A stretch of DNA of 7,205 nucleotides from Pseudomonas phage WX_Y. How positions within the stretch are numbered: the first letter of the stretch is position 1; each line of letters opens with the position of its first letter. The stretch lies in sequence record OQ354711.1. One strand, 5' to 3'. The position numbers were made by a program, and so were the translations under genes. The notes below the pieces were generated by a model that ran no database searches, was not told the origin of the DNA, and worked only from the letters and a program-made list of their open reading frames with translations. Shown piece by piece: positions 1-6,510 of the stretch.

Positions 1-1137
1 ATGTTCATTGATTGGTTAAGCGTTACTCAGGAGTTTCCGTACGACCTTCCGGTCGTGAGTGACGTATTCCGCATGACTGTCGATGCCTTGACTGGTGAGC
101 ATCTGGCGACAAGCCAGCCGCGCATAACTCACGAAGGCAGTTACTCCACAACGGTTTCTATCAGTGTCCAGGGGCGCAAGGTCACGGTTGAGGGCAACCC
201 ATCCCGGATCAATCGCCGGGACAATCTTTGGGGTTACACCCGCATCGAGCAGTGCATCGCTGTTTACAACCGGTTGCTTGCGGAGCGTGGCCTTCCGGGC
301 TTCACACGCTGCCGTGAAATTTTCTTGCGTGACGGTGCGTCGGGCGCGAAGCCGGGTGATTGGGTGGCTGATGGTGCGGTGATCACCATGATTCACCTGA
401 CTAGCAATGTCGGGGTAGGGAAGGGGAATCAGCTCGATTATTTGCGTGGTCTTTCCAGTGTTCGTTATGGCCGGTTGATCCCGTTTCTCTTCCCGAACGG
501 TCGGACTGTGAGTTGGACGACAAAGGGGGCCGACAAGGGTGCGCGGCTCCGTTACTTCAAGGTCTATGACAAGGCCTTTGAGCTTGAACAGCACCTGTTG
601 CCTCGGATGCGTCGGGAGTTCGGCCCTGAATCCGAAGAGTGCCGCTATGCCGAACAACTGCGTGACTACTGCCTTGAACATGGCGTGGTGCGCTTTGAGC
701 AAGAGCTAAAGAGCGAATTTCTTGCCCGCCTGAACCTCCGCTATTGGGGCCTTTTCGATGAACGCCGGTTTGAGCCGTTGCATGACGAATTCCTGGCCCT
801 GGATTCCCGCTTAAAGGTGACTGCTATGGACCTCGCTTCGATCTCCGATCAGTTGTTGTTGGAAAAGGTTGTGGACACTCCGAAGGCCGCCCGGACGACT
901 GCTTCTTATGCTCTGGAGTGGGCAACTGGTGGCAAGTTCGATTTTCATAAGCGCCAGGTGAAAGAACATGCTGCGCGTTTGAATCGGATCGGCATTGATA
1001 TCCGCCAGCCATTTGATGTGACCCGTAACTCGCTGGTCTTCGTTCGTGAGGCTCGCGAGGTGGTTAAGACTTTCGATCTGATCGCGCCGAGCTGGTACAG
1101 GAAGCCTGTCGGTCATCTGCAATTGGTGGCGGCATGA
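1..1137 (+). CDS. gII: Rolling-circle replication initiation protein, filamentous-phage gII / Phage_CRI-like
   Basis: 378-aa ORF at the head of a gII-gV-gVIII-gIII-gVI-gI gene order. It contains a KVYDK motif that resembles the catalytic Tyr motif of inovirus replication initiators (from memory). GC3-rich codon usage matches the neighbouring genes. It begins at window position 1, so the 5' end may be exact or truncated. Confidence 0.7.
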   Translation: MFIDWLSVTQEFPYDLPVVSDVFRMTVDALTGEHLATSQPRITHEGSYSTTVSISVQGRKVTVEGNPSRINRRDNLWGYTRIEQCIAVYNRLLAERGLPGFTRCREIFLRDGASGAKPGDWVADGAVITMIHLTSNVGVGKGNQLDYLRGLSSVRYGRLIPFLFPNGRTVSWTTKGADKGARLRYFKVYDKAFELEQHLLPRMRREFGPESEECRYAEQLRDYCLEHGVVRFEQELKSEFLARLNLRYWGLFDERRFEPLHDEFLALDSRLKVTAMDLASISDQLLLEKVVDTPKAARTTASYALEWATGGKFDFHKRQVKEHAARLNRIGIDIRQPFDVTRNSLVFVREAREVVKTFDLIAPSWYRKPVGHLQLVAA

Positions 1138-1220
1138 TTGCGCCGACTCTCGAAGTTCTCGCGCTGCTCGCCGGTGCCGTCACCCTGATTCACGTCCTGG
1201 GCGTGTGGGCTCGGTCATGA
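1134..1220 (+). CDS. Small hydrophobic peptide (28 aa, MIAPTLEVLALLAGAVTLIHVLGVWARS), hypothetical
   Basis: Its ATG overlaps the gII stop (ATGA) and its own stop overlaps the next ATG (ATGA). It is one predicted TM helix. It is supported only by its position in a chain of coupled start/stop overlaps. Confidence 0.25.
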   Translation: MIAPTLEVLALLAGAVTLIHVLGVWARS

Positions 1221-1456
1221 CCTTGATTAACAGCCTTCAGGGTGTGCGTCTTTCGCCGAGTGAACGCCGCTCGCTTGAGCTTCGCCAGCGTGCCATGGCG
1301 GCGGTGAATCAGTCCGTGTTGCAACAGCAAGTTGTGGCCACGCTCCAGGCCCTGGAGCAGCACAAAGAGCAGGGCGGCAAGCCTGAGCGCGTCTGGACCA
1401 CTGTCACCAACGAAAAGGGCACGCCGTTCCTGGGCGACGTGTTCGGGTGGCCGTGA
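1217..1456 (+). CDS. Hypothetical protein (79 aa from ATG 1217; the ORF track extends it to GTG 1205)
   Basis: Hydrophilic ORF. Its stop overlaps the next start (TGATG). It sits between gII and gV, where inoviruses carry small genes of unknown function. Confidence 0.45.
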   Translation: MTLINSLQGVRLSPSERRSLELRQRAMAAVNQSVLQQQVVATLQALEQHKEQGGKPERVWTTVTNEKGTPFLGDVFGWP

Positions 1457-1719
1457 TGGCTATCGAGATCAACCGCCAGTCGTACCTGTCGCTCCGGTCC
1501 TCGTTGGAGCTTGAACTGCTCGATGCCGGTATCGACTCGCCGGACCTGCTGAGCCGGCTTATGCGCCACGTGCTTGCCGCCGAATCCGCGACCCGCGCTG
1601 AGTCGCAAACCGTGCGCCGTGCGTTCGTCACGGCCCGTAGAAACCCGCTGCTGGGCGCAATCCCTCAGCACAGTCCAGGGCGCACAAATCGCCCGTATAT
1701 CCGCAAGAGGAAACCCTAA
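1456..1719 (+). CDS. Hypothetical protein (88 aa, MAIEINRQSYLSL...)
   Basis: ATG at 1456 overlaps the preceding stop (TGATG), and its stop TAA overlaps the gV ATG (TAATG). Codon bias matches its neighbours. Confidence 0.45.
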   Translation: MAIEINRQSYLSLRSSLELELLDAGIDSPDLLSRLMRHVLAAESATRAESQTVRRAFVTARRNPLLGAIPQHSPGRTNRPYIRKRKP

Positions 1720-2015
1720 TGCCCTTCGTCTATCTCGGCCTGACTCGCGACGCCGGAACCTCGAAAAAGACCGGCAACGCCTACGACATCGCGGTCGTGC
1801 ACTTCGCCGTCGATGCCACGCAATCGACCCGGCCCGATCGCAAGTTTGCCCTCGGTTTGGAGCCTCAGAACCTGCCGATCGCGCCTGAAGCGGTGAGCCA
1901 GTTCCAGCGCGTTGAACCGCTGTCGTCTGTGAACTTCGAGTTCGAGCCGGACCCTCGGAACATGCAGCGCAATCGCATTCGCGGCGTGAAGCCGCTGCCG
2001 AAGACTACTGGTTAA
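1719..2015 (+). CDS. gV: ssDNA-binding protein (gV-like), Pf3/Xanthomonas-inovirus type
   Basis: 98 aa. The segment DAGTSKKTGNAYDIAVVHF aligns with Pf3 ssDNA-binding protein ...RQGTSAKGNPYTFQEGFLHL..., and the C-terminal NFEFEP aligns with ELAFDFKAM (recalled Pf3 sequence). Size and position before the coat gene are typical. Confidence 0.75.
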   Translation: MPFVYLGLTRDAGTSKKTGNAYDIAVVHFAVDATQSTRPDRKFALGLEPQNLPIAPEAVSQFQRVEPLSSVNFEFEPDPRNMQRNRIRGVKPLPKTTG

Positions 2016-2029
2016 GCGGCCTCCTGATC

Positions 2030-2299
2030 ATGCTGCCGCTCTGCATCGTCGTCGACGAGTCTGGACGGCTCGTTTCGCAAGGTGAGTTCACTGGCGATTG
2101 CACCGGTTACGTACTCATGACCCCGGCTGATTTCGCGGGGTCCATGACCGTTGCTCAGTTGTTCGGCTGGCCTGATCCGGTCGCCTTCGGGGCAGCGTTC
2201 ACGACCGCTTTCGGCGTCGTCCTGGGCTGTGCGGTCGTGGCCCACACCATCGGCTCGTTAGCCGGTTTCTTCGATACCAATCGTGAGGAAGAACTATGA
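2030..2299 (+). CDS. Small membrane protein, possible minor virion/assembly protein (gVII/gIX position)
   Basis: 89 aa with a hydrophobic C-terminal TM segment (VAFGAAFTTAFGVVLGCAVVAHTIGSLAGFF). The stop overlaps the gVIII ATG (ATGA). There is no good SD at 2030, and an internal ATG at 2117 is an alternative start. Confidence 0.4.
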   Translation: MLPLCIVVDESGRLVSQGEFTGDCTGYVLMTPADFAGSMTVAQLFGWPDPVAFGAAFTTAFGVVLGCAVVAHTIGSLAGFFDTNREEEL

Positions 2300-2520
2300 A
2301 AGCCAACCTGAAACAAACCGCCCTGGTCCTGGGCGCTGTCGCTGCATCCGCTGCGGTGCCGGCCTTCGCCGCCGAGGGCGATCTCGACTTCTCGTCGATG
2401 ATCAGCTCGGTCAACGGCTCGGCCGTGATCGCCGCGTTCATGGCCATGGGCGTGGTCAAGCTCGGCCCGAACTTCGCCCGCTGGGCGGTCAACAAGGTGG
2501 CCGGCTTCTTCGGTCGCTGA
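2296..2520 (+). CDS. gVIII: Major coat protein precursor (gVIII-like)
   Basis: 74 aa. It has a signal peptide MKANLKQTALVLGAVAASAAVPAFA with an AxA cleavage motif. The mature ~49-aa protein has an acidic N-terminus (AEGDLDF), a hydrophobic core and a basic C-terminus (KLGPNFARWAVNKVAGFFGR). A strong SD GAGGAAG lies upstream and an intrinsic terminator follows. Confidence 0.8.
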   Translation: MKANLKQTALVLGAVAASAAVPAFAAEGDLDFSSMISSVNGSAVIAAFMAMGVVKLGPNFARWAVNKVAGFFGR

Positions 2521-2539
2521 GTTCCTGCCGGCGTTGCCT

Positions 2540-2568
2540 GGGGTGCCTTCGGGCGCCCCTTTTTGTTT
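2540..2568 (+). terminator. Rho-independent terminator after the major coat gene (UUCG tetraloop)
   Basis: GGGGTGCC(2540-2547)-TTCG-GGCGCCCC(2552-2559) forms an 8-bp stem with one G-U pair. It is followed by TTTTTGTTT (2560-2568). A strong terminator after gVIII is classic for filamentous phages. Confidence 0.7.
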
Positions 2569-2575
2569 CAGCTTC

Positions 2576-2621
2576 CCCTGTCCTGGTCCGTCTGTGCTTG
2601 CACAGCCGGACCAGGACAGGG
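2576..2621. repeat. Perfect 15-bp inverted repeat with a nested palindromic loop (large hairpin) between gVIII and gIII
   Basis: CCCTGTCCTGGTCCG (2576-2590) and CGGACCAGGACAGGG (2607-2621) are exact reverse complements. The 16-nt loop contains CTGTGC-TT-GCACAG (2592-2605). No U-tract follows, so it is not a simple terminator. Confidence 0.6.
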
Positions 2622-2656
2622 AATTCCAACTTCTTTTCGCGCAGGTGAATCATGAT

Positions 2657-4105
2657 ATGGCTCGTTATTGCAGTGTTCGGCGGCTTAGTGTGTGGTGGTG
2701 TCTCTGCTTATGCGTTTTATGCGCGACAGTAACTGAGGCTGCTACTCGGAAGCATGTGAATGTTCCTCCGGCCCGTGATCAAGTTAGGAGTGGTAAGTCT
2801 GCAAGTGTCTCTGGTGGAATTCTGACTATTACTGGCCCGGCTTTGGAGGGTGAATATATCCCGCGTGGCGGCACGGGCGGTGCAAATATTCCGGTGCGCG
2901 GTATTCATGGCGGGGTTACTGCCGGTGCTCGTACTATTGCCAGTCGTGCGGTTTCCGGCTTGCGCGGTGGCATTATAGGGGTTGTCGGAACTGCCGCTGT
3001 CGCGGCTGCGCTGGATGGTATAGGCGCGCTTATTGATGAGGCGGGGAAGCCTGTTAAGAAAGTACAGGAGACCGCGCCGCAAGACGTGTTCTGTTACTAT
3101 TTTACAGAGCACGAACTAGGTACAGAGTGTACAAGCCCGACAAGCTTGCAGACTAAGTTTGCGAGTATATTTACTCAGCAAATGGGGCCGCCTTATGTTT
3201 ATAGGCCGAAAGAAATACTTTACGATAAAAATAACATAGCAACCGATGTTGTTATTGTTTATCAGAATGACGTCAGAACGGCTCCGATTAATGCGCGTGG
3301 CACTTGTCCGGGGTCTATCAACTCTTCGGGCGAATGTGTTGTTGATGAAATTATTGTGCCGTTAACTGATTCTGACTATACGGCCATTGAGGATGCCCTT
3401 TCGAACGTACAGAACTCTACATGGCTCAAGGATTTGCTTACGGCTACATGCGAAGGCTCGCTTAGTCCTGGCCGGTGCTACGACGAGTTGACCAGTCTTG
3501 CGGACCAGTTGAAAGGACCTGGCTCGGTCAAAGGCCCGTCAAGCTCGACCACAAGCACTTATACGCGTCCTGATGGCACTACCGGCACGACTAACACTAC
3601 TACGGAAACTAATTACACGATCAATTACGGCCCGAACTATTTCGACTACTCGAAGACGACGACCACGACAACTAGCAAGGATGGCGAGAAACCCACGACG
3701 ACGACGGAAACTGAATCGCCGGGGGTGACGGGGGAGGAGCCTGCGACTGAGCCTGAGTCTCAGACGCCTTCGCCATGCACGACAAACTGCGAGGGTCCCG
3801 CATATGAGGATCAGTACAAGCCGACTGAGGAAACGAAAGAAAGCGTTATCGACAACTATCTGTCGCGTGTAGAGCAGGCGCCGATAGTGAATGCGGCAAC
3901 GGGATTTTTCGATGTTTCGGTTTCCGCATCGTGTCCAACTTGGCAAGCGCCTGTCGATATGTCGATTATGGGTGCAAGCTTTCACTCTGAACTTGTATTT
4001 GATCATCACTGCCAGCCCTGGTTTACCGGATATAGGACGGCGGCCATGGCCGTTGTGATGATTCTTTGTGCGTTCGGCGCGTTCTATATCGCCATGCTTG
4101 ATTGA
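2657..4105 (+). CDS. gIII: Minor coat / adsorption protein (gIII-like host-recognition protein)
   Basis: 482 aa from ATG 2657, with SD AGGTGA 8 nt upstream. The TTG-2534 extension in the ORF track runs through the terminator. The protein has a Cys-rich signal peptide, several Cys pairs, a Thr/Pro/Glu-rich linker (about 3539-3780) and a C-terminal TM anchor (AAMAVVMILCAFGAFYIAML). This is the architecture of pIII-type proteins. Confidence 0.7.
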   Translation: MARYCSVRRLSVWWCLCLCVLCATVTEAATRKHVNVPPARDQVRSGKSASVSGGILTITGPALEGEYIPRGGTGGANIPVRGIHGGVTAGARTIASRAVSGLRGGIIGVVGTAAVAAALDGIGALIDEAGKPVKKVQETAPQDVFCYYFTEHELGTECTSPTSLQTKFASIFTQQMGPPYVYRPKEILYDKNNIATDVVIVYQNDVRTAPINARGTCPGSINSSGECVVDEIIVPLTDSDYTAIEDALSNVQNSTWLKDLLTATCEGSLSPGRCYDELTSLADQLKGPGSVKGPSSSTTSTYTRPDGTTGTTNTTTETNYTINYGPNYFDYSKTTTTTTSKDGEKPTTTTETESPGVTGEEPATEPESQTPSPCTTNCEGPAYEDQYKPTEETKESVIDNYLSRVEQAPIVNAATGFFDVSVSASCPTWQAPVDMSIMGASFHSELVFDHHCQPWFTGYRTAAMAVVMILCAFGAFYIAMLD

Positions 4106-4113
4106 GGTGATGT

Positions 4114-4461
4114 ATGCAAGCAATTATTGAAACGGTGGCAAGTTGGTTTAAGGCGCTTTTGGCGTGGTTCGGTCGAATCTTTGAATGGTTCCTTGGCATG
4201 TTCAAGGATTTCATGGAGTTCATTGCTGATTTGCCGCTACTGATATTCAAGGGCGTCATGGAAGGCGCGCTGTACTTGATCAATGCGCTTCCGGTTCCGC
4301 AGTTCCTGGTGCAGTACAAGTTGCAGACGCTGTTCAGTGGTTTGCCTGAGTCGGTGCTGTGGTTCGTCCAGTTCTTCGGCATTCCGCAGGGGCTGGCGAT
4401 CCTGGGTGCGGGTGTCGCGTTTCGGCTGCTGCGCAAGGCGCTGACGCTGGGCCAATGGTAA
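4114..4461 (+). CDS. gVI: gVI-like minor coat protein
   Basis: 115-aa hydrophobic protein immediately after gIII, similar in size to M13 pVI (112 aa). SD GAGGTGA lies upstream. Confidence 0.6.
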   Translation: MQAIIETVASWFKALLAWFGRIFEWFLGMFKDFMEFIADLPLLIFKGVMEGALYLINALPVPQFLVQYKLQTLFSGLPESVLWFVQFFGIPQGLAILGAGVAFRLLRKALTLGQW

Positions 4462-4476
4462 GGGGAGGGGTAGGGC

Positions 4477-5664
4477 ATGATTTTCGGTCATGAGGGCCTT
4501 CCTGGCTCTGGCAAGAGCCTTGAGGCCATGGTTCATGTGGTCAACTCGCTGCTCAGCGGTCGCACTGTGGTGACCAACATCAGCGGCATTGACCATCGGG
4601 CAATCTCTGAGCATCTGGCCATCCCGTTGCCCACGGTCCAGCAGCTGCTGATCTGCCTGGAAGCGCCGGATGAACTCGACGAGGATGCGAAGGTGGCGTG
4701 GGTCAAGGGCCAGTTCTTCGCGAACCGGCATCATGACTGCCTTTGGATATGGGACGAGATCAACCAGTTCTGGCCGCCTGACCGGCAGCCGCTGTCTGCG
4801 GATTGGGCCAAGTTCGTGACCGAGCACCGGCACCTGGGCATCGACATTCTGATCATGGGCCAGGACCTGACCGAGCTGCATCAGACGTGGCGCAAGCGGC
4901 TCCAGCGCTATACGCGATTCACCAAGCTGGACATGATGGGCAAGGACGACCAGTACCACTGGGCCAGTTACTCCAGCGCCGGACGGCTCCGGTTCAAGCA
5001 GACGGCCTCGGGGAAGAAACCGTACAACAAGGACTTCTTCGGGTTCTACAAGAGCCACGATGACGGGACGGCCAACGTTGCGAACTACCAGGACAAGCGT
5101 TTTTCTGTGTTCCAGGCGAAGCACAAGGCGTTGGGCTGGGGGCTGTCGATCGCGATTGCGGTGTCGGTTGCGTATCTCTGGAACTTCTTCCAGCCGGGCG
5201 ACCAGGACCTGAAGGCCGCTGTTCAGGATGCGCCCAAGACTGAGCGCGCGGTGACGCCGGCAGTCTCGGCGCCGGTTCGGGCTCAAGTCGTCGTAGCCTC
5301 GGCGCCGGCCAAGGCGGAAGAGCCGAAGGAACCGCCGCCCATCGACTACCTGGACAAGCTCGCGCAGCAGTACGATCTGCGGCTGTCGGCGATACTTGAT
5401 CGCAAGAGTCCCCAACCCGAACAGGCCGCGTTCGAGTTCGTCATGGACGTCCTGGACCCTGGGTATCGCGTGAAGGAACGGTTCCGCCGGATCGACGTGG
5501 TGTCGCTGGGCTGGACGGTCGAGCGCAAGGATTACGGGGTGTTGATCAGCAAGGGCGGCAAGTCGTACGTTGTCAGGCCCTGGCCGCTGGACAACTTCGG
5601 GAAAGCGCCGGAGCGTCAGTTGAGCCAGCTTGGGCAGATGCCTGTGGCTACAGGCAAGCCCTGA
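4477..5664 (+). CDS. gI: Zot-family assembly ATPase (gI-like)
   Basis: 395 aa. Walker A GLPGSGKS sits at residues 6-13 and Walker B-like LWIWDEIN is present. A central TM segment (LGWGLSIAIAVSVAYLWNFF) is followed by a periplasmic C-domain. SD AAGGGGAGGGG lies upstream of ATG 4477. Confidence 0.9.
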   Translation: MIFGHEGLPGSGKSLEAMVHVVNSLLSGRTVVTNISGIDHRAISEHLAIPLPTVQQLLICLEAPDELDEDAKVAWVKGQFFANRHHDCLWIWDEINQFWPPDRQPLSADWAKFVTEHRHLGIDILIMGQDLTELHQTWRKRLQRYTRFTKLDMMGKDDQYHWASYSSAGRLRFKQTASGKKPYNKDFFGFYKSHDDGTANVANYQDKRFSVFQAKHKALGWGLSIAIAVSVAYLWNFFQPGDQDLKAAVQDAPKTERAVTPAVSAPVRAQVVVASAPAKAEEPKEPPPIDYLDKLAQQYDLRLSAILDRKSPQPEQAAFEFVMDVLDPGYRVKERFRRIDVVSLGWTVERKDYGVLISKGGKSYVVRPWPLDNFGKAPERQLSQLGQMPVATGKP

Positions 5665-5689
5665 TCACCCACACGCTCTAACCTATGGC

Positions 5690-5800
5690 TTCGCATAATG
5701 TGGACGGGATTACGTTAGGCCAGGCCCGACCGAAGGGAGAATGCGCAGACCGGAAAATTGCAGTCCGGTCAAGCATTTACACGTAATCCCCATTATGCGA
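5690..5800. other. Candidate Xer-recombination attachment site: a dif-like XerC-arm motif present as an imperfect inverted pair (forked-hairpin attP candidate)
   Basis: TTCGCATAATGT (5690-5701) matches the XerC arm plus the start of the central region of gammaproteobacterial/Xanthomonas dif (recalled as ATTTCGCATAA-TGTATA-TTATGTTAAAT). 5781-5800 (ACGTAATCCCCATTATGCGA) is the reverse complement of 5691-5715 minus the 5-nt TGGAC. No canonical XerD arm is present. Confidence 0.45.
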
Positions 5801-5809
5801 TGCGACCCG

Positions 5810-6364
5810 TTATTTGCGGCTTTGTCCGAAGACAACAGGCTCTTCGGTCAAGGGTCTGGCCCTGAAGCTCGACAGTGCCTTTGTTCTCTCTGCGCTCTTT
5901 TGGGCGACTACAATGGCGTCCTTTTTTGCCATTGGCTCGGATCCTGTTGGCTTCCAGGTCCTTGAGTTCTTTATCTTGAATTCAACCACCCATTTTTCGT
6001 GATCCGTCACGGCATTGCTGTTTTCCGTGACGCGTGACGCTAATTCTTTCTTCAGTTCGCGGCATTGGCGGATCAAGTTGTCACGCTGCATGAGCAGGTC
6101 TTGTACCTGATCGTGCAGTTCGTCTCGACGTATCTCTGCGCGTGAGCATCTTTCCCCTAGCTCCAGGGCTATCGACTTCAGCTCGTCGTAGCTGACGTCT
6201 TGTTTTTTCTGTGACGGCTGATCGTTACGCTTTTTCTTGTTCGCCCGGTAGCGCCGCGCCCGCTCTGCGTCGGACAGGGCTTTGCCTGTGGCTGGCCGAC
6301 CGCGCCCGCGCTTCGGCTGCTCCAGGGGGAGGGCTTGGGTTTGCTTGTCTGCTGGGTCGATCAT
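5810..6364 (-). CDS. Putative phage transcriptional regulator/repressor with an AT-hook-like motif, a basic region and a coiled coil
   Basis: 184-aa ORF with SD GGAGA 7 nt upstream of its ATG. The N-terminus carries KRGRGRPATGKALSDAERARRYRANKKKR (AT-hook-like GRP plus basic region), followed by heptad-like LHDQVQDLLMQRDNLIRQCRELKKELA. It is divergent from a repeat-rich operator region. I recognise no specific family. Confidence 0.5.
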   Translation of the reverse strand: MIDPADKQTQALPLEQPKRGRGRPATGKALSDAERARRYRANKKKRNDQPSQKKQDVSYDELKSIALELGERCSRAEIRRDELHDQVQDLLMQRDNLIRQCRELKKELASRVTENSNAVTDHEKWVVEFKIKNSRTWKPTGSEPMAKKDAIVVAQKSAERTKALSSFRARPLTEEPVVFGQSRK

Positions 6365-6420
6365 GGTTGCGTCTCCATGCTGGCTGGCATGGGTTAATTA
6401 TACGTGACGCGTCACGATAA
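6365..6420 (-). promoter_or_regulatory. Putative promoter of the minus-strand regulator, with a palindromic operator in the spacer
   Basis: Minus-strand -10 TATAAT corresponds to plus 6397-6402. The perfect palindrome GTGACGCGTCAC (6404-6415) lies immediately upstream of it. The -35 is weak. Confidence 0.35.
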
Positions 6421-6510
6421 ATACACGAATTAGCGTGACGAATCACGATAAATAGCGACCGTTCGTCGGTATTTAATGTGACGAATCGAGGCTCGTCACG
6501 ATAAATAGCG
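6404..6510. repeat. Iteron/operator array: three copies of (C)GTCACGATAAATA(G) phased at 31 and 53 bp, each with a GTGACG-type half-site
   Basis: TCACGATAAATA occurs at 6412-6423, 6443-6454 and 6496-6507, and copies 2 and 3 share CACGATAAATAGCG. GTGACGCGTCAC is at 6404-6415. GTGACGAATCAC is at 6435-6446. GTGACGA-N8-TCGTCAC is at 6478-6499. Confidence 0.65.

Noticed and set aside
2534-2656. TTG-initiated 5' extension of the gIII ORF (MPGVPSGAPF...)
   Set aside because: The extension runs through the gVIII terminator and the 46-nt hairpin. A proper SD (AGGTGA) precedes ATG 2657.
2717-4478. Minus-strand ORFs inside gIII/gVI (2717-3112, 3539-4123, 4023-4478)
   Set aside because: They overlap the gIII/gVI frames on the opposite strand, have low-complexity Arg/Ser-rich translations, and show no start or SD context.
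4237-5415. 392-aa minus-strand ORF antisense to gI
   Set aside because: Arg/Leu/Pro-rich composition typical of an antisense frame in GC3-rich coding DNA. The gI call on the + strand is unambiguous (Walker A/B, TM).
5686-5716. Complete canonical dif site (XerC arm + 6-bp centre + XerD arm TTATGTTAAAT)
   Set aside because: Only the XerC arm and TGT are conserved. No recognisable XerD arm at the canonical spacing exists anywhere in the window. It is therefore reported only as a dif-like half-site pair, not as a chromosomal dif or an attL/attR junction.
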